In this document: positions 24,882 through 38,349 of the stretch, piece after piece | Position numbering within the stretch: the first letter of the stretch is position 1 | Layout: the number at the start of each line of letters is the position of its first letter | DNA from: Chiloscyllium plagiosum | Lineage: Eukaryota | NCBI RefSeq assembly: GCF_004010195.1 | Contig: NC_057718.1 | Span: forward strand, 31,295,622 to 31,359,621 | Length of the DNA: 64,000 bases | Direction of reading: 5' to 3' | The notes under the pieces: model-generated | The model's database searches: none | Seen by the model: the letters and a program-made list of their open reading frames with translations, nothing else | Told to the model about the DNA's origin: nothing | Made by a program: the position numbers and the translations under genes

Positions 24882-25453
24882 TTTTTGAGAAGGTTTGTAG
24901 CTCAGGTTGAGGTTCAGGTTGTAAGTTTGCTCACTGAGCTGGTAGGTTTGTTCTCAGACGTTTCATCACCATACTAGGTAACATCATCAGTGAGCCTCCA
25001 TTGAAGTGTTCTGTCGCGCTTTCTATTTATCTTTCTTGGTCTAGTAAGGTGGATGATATAATATCTGGTTCTTTTTCTCAGAGGTTGGTAAGTGCAGTCC
25101 AAATCAATGTGTTTATTGATGGAGTTCCAGTTTGAATGCCAGGCCTCTAGGAATTTCCATGCATGTGTCTGTGTAGCCTGTCCTTAGATGGATGTGTTGT
25201 CCTAGTCAAAGTAGTGTCCTTCTTCGTCTGTGTGTAAGGACTACCAGTGATAGCTGGTCATGTCTTTTGGTGGCTAGTTGGTGCTCATGTATCCTGGTGG
25301 CTAGCTTTCTGCCTGTCTGTCCAATGTAGTGTTTGTTACAGTCCTTGCAGGGTATTTTCTGAGACAAAGAACCGAAATTATATCACCTTAACAGACCAAC
25401 ACACATAAACGGAAAGCAGGACAGAACACCAGCACTTCAACGGAAGCTCACCA
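24882..25453 (-). mobile_element. PLE (Poseidon-like, family B) 3' fragment with short inverted segment
   Basis: GIY-YIG remnant KIPCKDCNKHYIGQTGRKLATRIHEH on the minus strand. Homologous to 49.7-50.2 kb. 25360-25453 is an inverted copy of part of the terminal region. Confidence 0.85.
24953..24994 (-). ncRNA. Minimal type I hammerhead ribozyme motif (PLE family B)
   Basis: Minus strand reads CTCA-CTGATGA-T-GTTACC-tagtat-GGTGAT-GAAA-C-GTC-TGAG: stem I CTCA/TGAG, stem II with G.U pairs and a GUC cleavage triplet. Confidence 0.75.
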
Positions 25454-25474
25454 ATGGATCATCCACTTGGCAGT

Positions 25475-25724
25475 TACAGAATCAAACAGTTATACAGCAC
25501 AGAAATGACCCTTCAGCCCAAATGAAGTGCCAGAGGAAGTGGTAAAGACAGGTACACAGTTACAACATTTCAAAGACATTTCGACAGGTACAACAATAGG
25601 AAAGGTTTAGAGGGATAAGGGCCAGATGCAGGCAAATGGGGCTAGTTTAGTTTGGAAAAGCTGGTCGGCATGGACAAGTTGGACTGAAGAGTCTGTTATC
25701 ATGCTGTATGACTCTATGATTCTA
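25475..25724 (+). mobile_element. CR1/HER1-type LINE 3' end with a short inverted 5' piece
   Basis: gccagaggaagtggt...gactctatgattcta tail. 25475-25520 is a reverse-oriented tail piece. Confidence 0.75.
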
Positions 25725-27214
25725 TATCTCCATATTTACTAGTTCTGACCAATGATTGCTGTGAATGCTTTAGTCTTATCTTTTGCACTGATGTGTTGCA
25801 CTCTTCCATCATTGGGAGTGGGGATATTTGTGGAGCCCATCACCATTCATGACTGACGTGGCAGGAATGCAGAGCTTAGATCTAACCCTTTGGTTTTGGG
25901 ATCATTTATCTATCTAGCTCTGTCTATCATTTGCTGCTTATGCTGTTTGGCATGCAAGTAGTCCTGTTTGGTGGCTTCATCAGGTTGAAACTCATTTTTA
26001 GGTATGCCAAGTACTGCTCCTGACATGCCTTCCCGCAATTTCCTTTGAAACACGTTGATCACCTGGCTTGATGGTGATGATTGAGTGGGGAATATGCCAA
26101 GCTGTGACACTGTGGACAGTGTGGGAGCATAATTCTACTACTGTTGATGGAACGCAGCATCTTATGGGTGCCCAGTCTTGGGTTGCTAGATCTGTTTGAA
26201 GTCTGTCCCATTTAACATAGTGATAGTGCCACACAACACGATATAAGGTATTCTCAATGTGAAAGCAGGACTTTGTCTCCACAAGGACTGTGCGGTGGTC
26301 ACTCTTATTGATACTGTCATGAACAGATGCATCTGCAGCCAGCAGATTGGTAAAGATGAGGTCAAGTATGTTTCTCCCTCATGTTGGTTCCCTCACCACC
26401 TACTGCTGACCCAGTCTAGCAGCAATGTCCGTTGGGACCTAAGCAGCTTGATCAGTATTTCTACACGTGTGCTACCATTGATAGTGCACATAGAAATCCC
26501 CATCTAAAGCTCATTTTGTGCCCTTGCAACCCTCAGTGCTTCCTCCAAGTGTTATTCAACATGGAGGAATACTGATTCATCAGCTGAGGGAGGACAGTAT
26601 GTGGTAATCAGCATGAAGTTTCCTTGCCCATCTTTACTTTCAGGCTTCATTGGGTCCAGAGTCAATGTTGAGGACTCCCAGGGGAACTCCCTCCAGGCTG
26701 TATACCACTGTGCCACCACTTGCTGGGTCTGTACGGCTGGTGGGATAGAACATTCCTGGGACATTGTCCATGAGGTATTATTCCATGACTATAACTATAT
26801 CAGAGACAGCTTCCCAAATTTGGAACTAGTCCCCAATAGCACATAGTATGTTGTACTTATGTTAATATGATCTCTATCTTGATTGATGGATATTGCAAGA
26901 ATATATTGACTAATCAATCTGAAACATTCTTTTAACCTTCCATGTAGTCTAGTTTCTGATGGAACCTTCGCAGTTAACATCAGTTAAGGACATCCTGAGA
27001 ATGTGATAGGATTAGATAGACAAAGGAGATACCCAAAAATTAGTAAGAGTGCAACATGAATATTCAGTTTGTTGAAATGAAAGTTTGCCTCACTTCAGCA
27101 GAAAACTAAAACAACCCTTGCAGATATTTACTTCATGATCTTGTTCAATGTCCTAAACATTTTGAACATCTGCAAGAACTAAATTTTAATAGCAGACACT
27201 GTCTTGACCTTGGA

Positions 27215-28235
27215 TCATGAAAATGGGCTGAGTAATAGAAAACAGGGATAATGGTCAATGGATAATTTTTGGGCTGGAGGAGAGTTTGTACTAGAGTTCC
27301 CCAAGGATCGACATTGAGACCCTTGCTTTTCCCGATATATGTTAATGATATGGATATGCAGCAGACAATTTCAACGTTTGCAGGTGGCAATAAACATGGA
27401 ATAATTGTAAACTGTGAGAAGAACTCTGGAAGGACATTGACAAATTCGTTGAGTAGGCAGATAGGTGGCAGCTGAGATTCAGTGCAGAGAAGTGAGAGAT
27501 GATGCACTTTGGTTGGAAGAACACCGAAAACCAGCACAAAATAGGGGGTACAGGAGTAAAGGGACCTGGGTTTATATGTAGAGGTGGCAGGACAGGTAGA
27601 GCGGTAAATAAAGCATGCAGAATAATGTTGAACTTGTATCCAACACTTATTAGACCTCACCTGGCATCTTTTGTACAGGTGTGGCCAACACATTATAGGA
27701 AAGATGCAAATACATTGACAAAGTGTAGAAATGATTTACTAGAATGATTCCAGGGATGAGAAACTTCAGTTATAAGGATAGATTGAAGAATTTGGAACGG
27801 TTCTTCCTGGAGAAAAGAAGGGTGAGAGGAGATCTCATTGAGATTTATTAAATCATCAACAGGCTGTATAGAATCGATAGGGTGAAGCCTGTTCTGCTTG
27901 TAAAAGAGGCGGAATAGATTTAATTTGCTAACGAAGGAAGGGTGATGTGAGAAAGACTTTTCCACACAATGAGTTGTTAGATTATGGGATGTACTGCCTC
28001 TGTGGTGGAGGCAAGTTCAATTGAGTCCTTCAAGAGAGCACTAGACTTTTTTTGCATTGTAATGATGTGAAGGAACGTTGGGAAAACAGAAGAGATTGGC
28101 ACTAAGCTCTTCGGATGCTGCCTGACCTGCTGTGCTTTTCCAGCACCACTCTGATCTAAACTAAGTAATAAAGTCAGTACAGGCTCATTGGGCCAAATGG
28201 CCTCTTTCTGCACCTCAATGATTCAGTGATTCTGT
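27215..28235 (+). mobile_element. CR1-type LINE RT/3' region
   Basis: VPQGSTLRPLLFPIYVND, MHFGWKN and LIRPHL motifs. A PLE family A tail piece is inserted at about 28105-28160. Confidence 0.85.
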
Positions 28236-29899
28236 ATCGATTTCCCTTGTCGTTTAGAGATTTAAGGATGCTGGTTGTCACAACCAAATAATTCACATGA
28301 TCAATTCTTGCTTATCTTCCAGGACTTTGACCTCCCTCACTCCATGTTTTTAAGTTTCTTGTTCACTTCCAGGACACTGCAATCCAAACAAATCTATAGC
28401 ACCGGCACTAATAGTTCCTCTTCAATGAACAGATACTTCAGTCTGCCCCAGCAACACTACTGACCTTAACTCTTCCAGTGCTTAGATGAATCAATGTTGG
28501 AAATGTGCCAATGAAAGGGGCCTTGGAAATTCCCGTAGGTCCTTATCCTGCTTTCAGCAACACAAACTCCCCCATTTCCACTGCCAATGGAAAATTGGCT
28601 TCACAATATTGACTTAAGATGATTAACCTAGCAAATATGGGAGGTTAATTTTCTTGCAGGGCTCTGGTGGTGTTCAGGATTTACCCTATAGAAAATAATG
28701 TTCCAATTTACCCTTTGTTCTGGAGACAGGGAGAATAGTGCAAAGTAATCAAATACGCAATTCAATTTCTCCCTTGACAGACTACATTCTGAGGAATAGA
28801 AAAGTTCATTGAACTTTGTGAATTCATTCTTTGTTTTGGGAAGATGAACTATTATATCTTTGTCAATTTCCCTAATTCCAGGGAGATTTGAATTTCTTCA
28901 GTGAATGTGTCAGGAGTTGACAATTTCTGTCCCTGTGTTACAAGTAGGATATTCTAATATTTTTCATAGTTGTTTTAACTTTCTCTGTAGGTTACATATG
29001 AAACTCAAGATGGTTCACTTTGAGGCCTTTTGGAGTATGGAAAGATGTAATGGAGTTAAATATGTTTCTCAAATTTTAATACCTACTTTTCTGAAGTTAT
29101 TCCATTTGATTCCTTGATTAATAAGTTAAAAATTGCAAATCTACAATTATATGGCATGATTTCACTTAAAAATTTGGTTTAGAGTGTTTGTTTTGTGTTG
29201 GCTTTTATTGTTGCATTGTGCCATGCTGTGTCTAAGAGAAGGTCAGTCTCAGTGATTGAGAGAAGGTAAAATTAAAAGTAAAATTTGTTACTGTTGGTGA
29301 ATAAAGAAACACAGTTGCATTTGATGTTGAGAATTGATTTTACACATGGATCCGTCTGCAGGAACAGGATGGCTATGAAGCAGTCAGAAATTGACTAAGC
29401 TGCCAGTTCCCCTTCTCTGTTTCTTCCTTTTCCTCATATTGCTTGCCCTCAGGTGCTCAAGTATAGCTGGTAGCTAGGACTGATGGTGAGGTTGAGTAGC
29501 CTGCAGTTCACTGCTATGAATCTTCTGAAGACTGCAGGTCTCTTCTGGAGCTGTCCAGTCAATAGAAGGATTGATTCAGCACACCCACTTGTGCAGGTGT
29601 TTTGTTTTGTTTTGTCATATCTGATTTATCTCATTGCCAGACATGTTTTTGTCAGTTGCAGACCAACATAGCTGTGCCATCTGTGATTAGCCCATGTTTT
29701 AGTTCAGTGCTCAAATGCAGCACAGACGTTGGAATGCTGCACAATCTTCACGATTTGCTATATATGGTTGCACATGAATTGGACTGTGAGGGAGTGGAGC
29801 TACATTTTGGTTCCATTATGGGTCGGGGTTGACATACAACATTGTACACTATGTACACAATATGTACATAGCATGTTGTGTATACTTTGTAGTAGCACT

Positions 29900-30330
29900 T
29901 CATAGTAGTCTGTAATCCTGGTGAAGCTGCATGTTTGTTTCATTTGATTCTCTGTGGCAAGAGATAATCAAACATAGCTGTAATTGACTTGACACCCTCA
30001 TTGCCCTATCTCACATGAGAATGTGTAGTTAATTGCAAAATTTTGCAAATATCTGCCATTCTAGCTTGGAAGGAACCTAACACAGTAAAGTTCTTCTCCA
30101 CAGTCACTGTCACAAAAACTGATAATGCTGTCCTTAAATTGCTTGGGGTTGCTGTGTTAGCTCAGACACTTGTTTCTGGGAGTAAGCCCTTTCTGAAGTG
30201 CAGACATCTCATGTATTGATCCTTCACGAAGTTCAGGGAAGAGAATTGCTTCTTGAAAACATTGGGATGACTGGCCTCCTGTTGAGAACACTCCTCAGCC
30301 AGAAGTTTGTCATGCACTGTGTGCCCTCTG
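29900..30330 (-). pseudogene. PIF/Harbinger transposase (HARBI1-like) remnant
   Basis: Minus-strand fragments LNFVKDQYMRCLHFRK and RTALSVFVTVTVEKNFTVLGSFQARMADICKILQ resemble the recalled Harbinger nuclease N-terminal motif (ALNFYASGSFQ..GD.C.ISQ). Confidence 0.6.
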
Positions 30331-33184
30331 TTCACTCTTCAAGGAAATGCTTCTTAGTGAACCCATGTTTGACCATGTTGGTTTGTGCATAAGCCTTCAA
30401 ATCATCATAAAATCACATACCCTGTAAACATTTACAGCCGTAAACAACAGTCAAAAGTACTACACCATAATTGAATCAAAGCAACAACCAAAATGAATTG
30501 ATAACCAGCTAGTTTAGGTCTATTTAATATCATTATGAGTTGTTCTCCTTGCTGCTGACCATGTTTTCAGCTCTGCAAGATTAAGAAAGCGTGTTAATTG
30601 AAACAGTGAGATCCAAGACAGCAGCTTATCATGTCCATTTCTCTCTCCACAGGTGCTGCCAGACGTGTTGAGTTTCCCTATCATTTTCTGTATTTCTTTC
30701 AGATTTCCAGCCTCCACAGGATTTTACATTTCTGAGCTGCTTCATCTGTACACATCAATGGCCATTCACCGGACATCATTATGATGTCCAGCATGATTTA
30801 CTTACAAACATTTGTGTGCACCACACTATTTGGAGCACTAAATTGATGGGACTCTTGATGTCGAAAATACTGACACAAATAAAATCAATTTCCTGATCTA
30901 CATCTCCATTTATTTGTTCCATCACTTCCTTTGTATAGCAAATGTTGCTCCAACTAGCTTGAGCTTATATTTGTCTTTTACTGTCCCATGGTAACATGAG
31001 GCTAAATCTTTAAAATGGCACCAGTAACATATTTCTTTTCGGCAACCTCACACCACCATCATTGCTGATGATGGCAGTGTCTGGTTTCAGCAGTCAAATG
31101 AATAATTAATACACTGACTCACTTGTAAGTGCTAAAGGTATTACTGCTGACAGCCTTCCACCATCTTGCTGTGCAGCTGTTCATACATGTATAGATGAAT
31201 ATACACAGCAAGTGCCTTCAAAAAAAAATGTTTTCTTATTTAACACATAATTAACACACACTGGTGATACTCATCTGTCTTGTTTGTGAATTTTATGTTT
31301 CTATTAATTATGTGCTGTTTTTCACTGTTTGGTCATGATTATAATGGAAATGGCAATTCAAATTAATGATGTACAATAAGACAAGAATTGGACTGATAGG
31401 CTATAATTTGTACAATATCCTGCGATATGTACAACATAGTAGACAGGACATTTGAGCAGCATATTAATTCTAACATTTAGCATGATGTTAAGTTTATTTT
31501 CACCAGTGGACTGAAAATGTCAGCTTAAACAATTAGTAGAGTGGACAGAAAGGAGTAAAATTCAATTAACTTCAATCAAACTGATAATCCTGAAGAATAG
31601 CAAAGTGTAGACAAGAGGAGATTAAAGTGCATCTGGATAGCTACACAATACAGACCCGCGGAGAGAATTTGAAGATGGGACCTGAAGCACGATCGGAGAT
31701 AAGAGTGTTGGGTCAGTTCTCTGAAATAATCTGTCATCTACCCATCTTGCCAGAGCTGGGTGAAATTCAGCAACAGCTACCTGCCCAGCATTGTGGCTGG
31801 CAGACTGGAATCATTAAGATAACTACCACCATAAAATAAATAATTCAAACCGAAATTTATAAATTAAATCATGTCATTTATGAACGAAAACCAAGTATTC
31901 AACCTTGGGCATTCTCTTGTGTGAGCATCTACATAAGCAGAATTTCCCCTCTGATGTGGTGTCAGCAATGGCAAGCAAGATGGGAAAATATGAAGAGAAT
32001 GAAAAATAAGAATCTCACATTAAGAAAGATTTTTGTGATTTTCCTCTGAAGCCTTAAATGATGATTTTAGAATCTCGCTGTTGAGTGGCTTTATTTCCAT
32101 GCCACCTTATTACTAGTATTTGCATCTCATTAAAGCTCTGACTCACCTTTTGTTGTATGCTACTTCCAGTTCGCCACTCCTTCCTGAGACTGTAGATGGC
32201 ACAAGATATAAATCAGAGCAAGGACCTGGGGACTGCAGCTTAGCAAATGCTTCCAACTGCTTCTTCACAATGATGCCTCTGTGTGCTCCATGACTGTAAT
32301 CCTCCTTGAGACTTTGTCCACAGAGGTAAGAATTGGCAAGCCACCACCTCACTACACTGTTATGCCTGCTCTCAGTTCAACTCACACCACTTCAGCCCAT
32401 CAAATTTTATTTTGACGATGAAGGACACCTAAAATTTGCGAGGTCACTTTGCAAGCAGGAATACACATATATCTGCACAGGATGCATCTTATGGTACATG
32501 GCTTGATTTCTTAGTGTTTACTCACTTTTTGTTTACTTGGAGGCTGCTGTAGTGCACTGCACAATGCTGCTGATTGTTTTCTTAGCAGATACTCACTGAC
32601 TTTAGCCCTGACTTACAGGCTGCCAGCTAATGTGAATTGCATTACTATTTAACAGACAGGGACTGGCAGGCAGCTTGCAACAGTAGGGAGCAGTTAAGGG
32701 GATGGACCTCTAAAGTAGTTGTCTCGGGATCAGTCCTGGCCCCACATGCTAATGAGCATAGAAATAGTGGAATTGGGGATTGAAAACGTGGCTGGGCAGT
32801 AGGAGGTTGAGCATTAGATCTCTGGCACATAGGGACTCTTTCTATGGAATATGGGACTTGTATAAACTGAAGAGGACCAGAGTAGATATCCTTGCAGGGA
32901 GTTTTGTTAGTTTTGGTGGGTAGACCTTAAAGGAGAGTGATAGGGATATGAGAACCTGAGGGGAAGTGGAGGCAGAAATTGAACAAGAGGAACCAAAGGT
33001 TAAAACGTTTACAGGATAGGAATGTATTGAAAGGTGTGTGTGTGTATATATATAAAAACAATGAGTATGTTGATTGTGCACGATCCAACAGGTTTCCCAT
33101 GCACCAAGCATTTCGTAATACTTGCAACTTTCTTTTTTATGGAGCCTTTTCAAAACATGACGTGATATTTAAATATGGTATTCA

Positions 33185-33400
33185 TTGACCTTGACAGCTT
33201 GTGTGAGGTCATTGAACTTCTTATGGCACTATACGCAGATCATCAGGATTTGATCCCTTGCATTGAACTCCATGGCTATCTTGAAGCTGTTGTCTCACAT
33301 GCTGTGCTATTCTTCAGTGCTTTCCAGGTCAGACCCATTTATTGAATGACTGCCAGTACCTGCTTCAGATGCAGTGCACCTCCCCAATAAGTTTAGCTTG
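33185..33400 (-). pseudogene. Harbinger Myb/SANT-like gene remnant
   Basis: Minus-strand IAMEFNARD....*CHKKFNDLTQAVKV resembles the Myb/SANT-like C-terminal helix QCRKKFNDL. Confidence 0.55.
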
Positions 33401-33430
33401 AAGCAAAATGCAGGCTCACTTTAAATGGTG

Positions 33431-33526
33431 AAGCCCTCCTGAAGAAGGGCTCATGCCCGAAACGTCGATTCTCCTGCTCCTTGGATGCTGCCTGACCTGC
33501 TGCGCTTTTCCAGCAACACATTTTCA
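33431..33526 (+). mobile_element. Mini PLE family A insert with hammerhead core and long TSD
   Basis: CTGAAGA-A-GGGC-tcat-GCCC-GAAA-C-GTC at 33439-33466, flanked by gctcactttaaatggtg at 33414-33430 and 33527-33543. Confidence 0.85.
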
Positions 33527-34638
33527 GCTCACTTTAAATGGTGCTTTCCGTTCAAAATATGGTCCTCTTATTGGCTTACAGCCAACCAACAGAGCAGTTA
33601 ACACTGATTGGATGCAGAAATTATTGAAATGAACCGGCTGCATGATGTTGGCATCCAGCCAGCATGACAATTGACTGTTATGAGTTAATCATGCACCATG
33701 ATCCCTGTGCTGTTTGATGGGGACCAAGGAATTTAGCTGCCAAGGAGTTTAGGGAATACGTTGTGTTCACAGTAGCTTGCAAGTACAGTGCTTTTGACAA
33801 TTTTGCCTTAAAGGCTGAATGAATCATGCCACCTTCAGCACTGAATGCTAAAGAACAGATCAATTGCTGAAACTCTCTGCCAGTGGTTTTCAGTACAGAT
33901 TTCAACTTCAATAAAAATAATTTATTGTGGGCTGAAACTGGGGACTTCTGAAGAATTGGCCAGGGTGTCAATCCAGCTTTCATTGATGAAGTCATTGATT
34001 CCATTCATGTGGGCTGGATTATTTCATTCTATTGTGCTTTTTCTTTCAAATTGAAGAGCACAGTAAATATGCATTTCACATTTTGGTAGGATTCCTACCG
34101 TGAACCAGCTGACCTTTCCAAATAAAAAAATTGCATTCCCTCAGATTTCATTCAATTTATCTGTGACCATACCAATGAATTCATAATGTTTCATTATAAA
34201 GGCTTTCAGCAACATTTGGGGGAAACCATGAAATATCAAGATGTTATCCGGAAGTCAAAGTAAATCCTTTGCTTTCATAGTACATCACTTCAGTTTGGGT
34301 TGCCGATTCAGCAGCGGAACATGACTACCACAAGACTTAATTGTCAACTGGGGAGGTAAAAATACAGGAGCTCTGCAGGTAAGGATTTCTGCCATGATAG
34401 ATTTCTGGAGATGCTGCAGCATGCTCCCACATGGTTCCCTTGTCTCATTGTTGTTTGCTGTGTCTTTTACAAGGTAGCTGTCTGGGAAGGATTGGAAATG
34501 AGATTTTGGGAAGAGGGTGGGCAACCTCAACATCCATCTTCTGAAGAACAGCATTCGTCAGACTCCTCATATTGGCCGAATAGAAAAATTAAATAGAGAT
34601 CCTCAGTTGTACTTTTTCCCCACTTTATTGAAATATTA

Positions 34639-34948
34639 GGGGTGGTATGGTGGCTCAGTGGTCAGCACTGCTGCCTCACAGCACCAGGGTCCCAGGTTCG
34701 ATTCCAACCTGGGGCGACTGTCTGTGTGGAGTTTGCACATTCTCCCCGTGTCTGCATGGGTTTTGTCCGGGTGCTGCAGTTTCCTCCAGCAGTCCAAAGT
34801 TGTGCAGGTTAGGTAAATTGGCCATGCTAAATTGACCATAGTGTTAGGTGCATTAATCAGAGGGGAAGTGGGTCTGTGTGGGTTACTCTTCGGAGAGTCG
34901 GCGTGGTTGGGCTGAAGGGCCTGTTTCCACACTGTAGGGAATCTGATC
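34639..34948 (+). mobile_element. HE1-type V-SINE
   Basis: A-box tggctcagtgg, B-box ggttcgattcc, V-domain and tail. Confidence 0.9.
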
Positions 34949-35375
34949 ATTTAGAAACTTTGAGATCTGAAAAGTAGTGAATTGCAAATGTTGCTTCAAC
35001 ATGATAAGTGACTTATAATGGAATTATATGTTTATTGGAAGCTGTTTGGTTTGTACACTAGCAAATAAGAGCTAACTTATTCTCCTTCACAAGGATTGAC
35101 AGTTGTTTAATGACCAACTAGTGACAAATAAGATTAGTGCAGTGTTATTAAATGTTGCTCATCAGCAGCATAAGTAGCATCAACTATAGTGCTGATGAGG
35201 AGCTCCAGATATCTGCTCCTACTCAATCCCAGTTATGATCCAGGCTTGTAGACAGTGGGTGCTACTTGGTCACTCACCACAGCAGAAGGCACAGGAGAAA
35301 TAATAGTGATCAGTCACCTGTGGAGTGCACTTTATGTAAACCGAGCAACACATGGTTTGATTTTTGTGCTTTAGA

Positions 35376-35670
35376 GTGGTACAGTGGCTCAGTGGTTAGC
35401 ACAGGTCCCAGGTTCGATTCTGGCCTTGAGCGGCTGTCTGTGTGGAGTTTGCACATTCTCCCTGTGTTTGTGTGGGTTTCCTCCAGGTACTCTGGTTGCC
35501 TCCCACAGTCCAAAGATGTGCAGGTCAGGTGGATTGGCCATGTTAAATTGCCCATAGTGTTAGGTGTATTAGTCAGAGGGAAATGGGTCTGGGTAGGTTA
35601 CTGTTCGGAGGGTTGGTGTGGACTTGTTGGGCCAAAGGCCTGTTTCCATACTGTAGGGAATCTAATCTAA
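35376..35670 (+). mobile_element. HE1-type V-SINE
   Basis: A/B boxes with a small internal deletion, V-domain and (aatct)n tail. Confidence 0.9.
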
Positions 35671-37299
35671 TTTTCAGTGATCATTTTAATTTTGTCTTGC
35701 AGGGTATACAATAAGCTAACAGAACTGGAACAGAACAGATTGTTCTTGAGGTTGTCAAACCAATTCAGTCTCAAAATGAAACACAAAGATATGAATAAAA
35801 AAGGAAAAAGTTGATCCTGTAACTTAAAAGTGCTTCATCTAAGCAGAGCTAATAAATTGGTAGGGACATGCAAGATACTTAACATATTGTTAAAAGCTGT
35901 AGATAGCTACCTGATGGGAGTTAATATCATATAGTCCTTTAATGCATCCTCTTCAATTGTTTTGTTATTCTGGAAGATACAGAAATAAAGTTAGTTGTTA
36001 CCAAATCAATTTGGTTAGTTATTCAGGCATAACAGTAGGAACTACAAAATAGGGAGGAAGAGAAAGGAGGTCACTGAAAGAAATGATCTTCTCCATTAGT
36101 TGAATGATGAAATCACAGACAGAGAAAATCATTTGCAATTTTGATTATTTTACAGCAACACCTCTATCATGCCCCTTTCTGTCATGCAACTCATCCCTAC
36201 ACTGGTTGTAGACTTCATATTTATTTTGAGTCTCTATGCTGTCAGTTTTAATTAAATTCTCCAAATCATTTATCATTTGATTTAAGGAAAATATATTTTA
36301 TTTCAAAGTAAACTGACAGAAAACATAAAATTTTAAATATCCTTTCAACTTTTTTGTAATTACTGGCATTAAAGTCAATATTAATTGTAAAATCACGTAG
36401 CGTTCTTGCTAATAGTAATCTGCTAATGCTTACCAATCCAAAACAAAATCATCAACCTTTCTATCAAATCAGAATATTCAACTGTGACCAACCTGAGGGA
36501 GCAGTCTCACAGAGGCACCTCTGAGAAGAAAAATAGAATATTTAATCAACTCAGTCCTGGCCTAGACAGAGATTGTTTTATCCATCCTCTAATGATATTC
36601 AGTCTGAAACTACCAAAGGAAATTGTCCACAAATGGAAAAAAATGCCTTTGGGTTAATGTTGTATATAGTCTGGGTAAAATATAAAGTAGATGGCCTTCT
36701 CCATTCCTGAGTAGACTACTCGGAACATTGTGGCCTCTGGTGTTTCTGAGTCTTATTATAACCTCTTAAAGCACTTCTGTTTGTTTTGTGCTCAAACCCC
36801 AGCTAATTTGACTAGGTTATAGTCTAAAATTAAAAACCACACAATGATTTCCTGAATGTTTTGCATGGTGTACTTGAGATAAGTTAAAAAGCATCATTCA
36901 GAAGAAGGAGAAATTATAAACAAAGGCTGTAGGCATCTCACAAAAGATCTTTCTCTAGTTCAGTTTAATGCCTGGAAGTAATGGTGCAAAGTGCTGCTTG
37001 AAACATCTCTCCGGATCTAATTGTCTGAGTATGTCCCCATGTAGTCTTCACCTTTCCCTTCTGCCGTCATCTTGCTTTGATTCTTTTGACAAGGTTAATT
37101 AGGTGATTGTAAATTGTCCTTGGATCACAATACTTGTTGTTGTATATTCATCGAAGCAATTATAGAAGTAATAAATATAAGTAGTACAGTAATTGTCAGT
37201 ATGATGAATATGATTATTAGGGTTGTCATGCTTGAATGACTTTGAGTTAAATTGTGTTAAGTTGCATGATTTATGGTTCATGCAACTCTTTAAAGAGAT

Positions 37300-38118
37300 T
37301 TTAGTAATTATTTTTGTATTAGAGGAAAAAGAGAAAGAGAAACGAAAAAGGAAGAGACAAAAGTCAAACACCAATGGAAAAGAAATTTAAAAAGTCAGAA
37401 ATGAGAAAATGAAATGGAAAGTTGGAATGAATTTAAAAAACTCGAACTTGAAAAAGATAGGGAAATTAATTGACAAGAGTTGGCAGAGAAAAGCTTAGAG
37501 CAAAGACGTTCAGAAGCAGCAGTAGCTCAGAGGATAGTTCTGATATGAATGGAGAATTTAATCAAAAATCTATGTTTGGAGCCCAAGTTTACTGAGGATG
37601 AAATCTGAAAGTATTTCTCTTCATTTTAAAAGGTAGCTGGGCAGACAATGTGATCATAAGATGTTTGAATCTTAATGTTGCAGATTATTTTGACAAGAAG
37701 AGCTGTGATTATGTATGTAAGCTTGTTAGAAGAGCAATCTGTTGATCATGAAACTGTTAAAAAAGCTTATGAATGAACACATAAACAACTACAAGAAAGA
37801 TATCTAATTAGACATTTGTAGAATTTGCAAGGAAAATAACATGCTATTGGATTGATAGTTTCAATTACTGAAGTTACAATGTCAAATTTCAAAGATCAGA
37901 GGATCAGCACTTCTGACAGATACCTATGATATACCATACAGACAATTACAGATGGAAAGATAGTCATGCGAAAATCTACAAGAATATTGTGGATGGAAGA
38001 GGTACTAGTTTTAGAGTATAGATAGAAAAACATCCAAGTAACAAAGGAGAAAAGCTGTAAGCAAAAAGTGATAGAACGAAAGTACCATGCTTCCATTGTA
38101 GTAAGACTGGACATAAAA
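37300..38118 (+). mobile_element. Gypsy (Gmr1-like) gag remnant
   Basis: PKFTEDEI*KYFSSF*KVA...DV*ILMLQIILTRRA...EEQSVDHETVKKAYE (SCAN-related capsid type) and Zn knuckle VPCFHCSKTGHK at about 38.08-38.12 kb. Confidence 0.7.
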
Positions 38119-38121
38119 CCT

Positions 38122-38346
38122 TAAGATATAGGAGCAGAAATATCCCATTCAACCCATCAAGTATGTTCCATTATTCAATTAGATCATGGCTGTGTGATAA
38201 TCCTCAACTCTACTTTCTTGCATTTTCCCTCTAACTCTTGCTTCCATTATATAAAAAAAACTGTCTAGCTCAGCCTTGAATATACTTAATGACCGAAGCT
38301 TTAACAGCCTCGTCATAAAGAATTCCATAGATTTACTACCCTGTGA
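38122..38346 (-). mobile_element. CR1-type LINE 3' end
   Basis: taagatataggagcagaa...gatcatggctg...gaattccatagatttactaccc is a reverse-oriented CR1 tail. Confidence 0.7.
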
Positions 38347-38349
38347 GAT

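Larger units (their letters stand above)
22903..26830 (-). mobile_element. CR1/L2-group LINE (second family), long decayed ORF2 with nested inserts
   Basis: Minus-strand remnants: endonuclease region (LITTYCPPSADESV), WHYH..KWDRLQTDLATQDW, RT and C-terminal motifs (INILRV.I.QK.NW..HINT), and an A-rich 3' end at about 22903. Confidence 0.85.
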
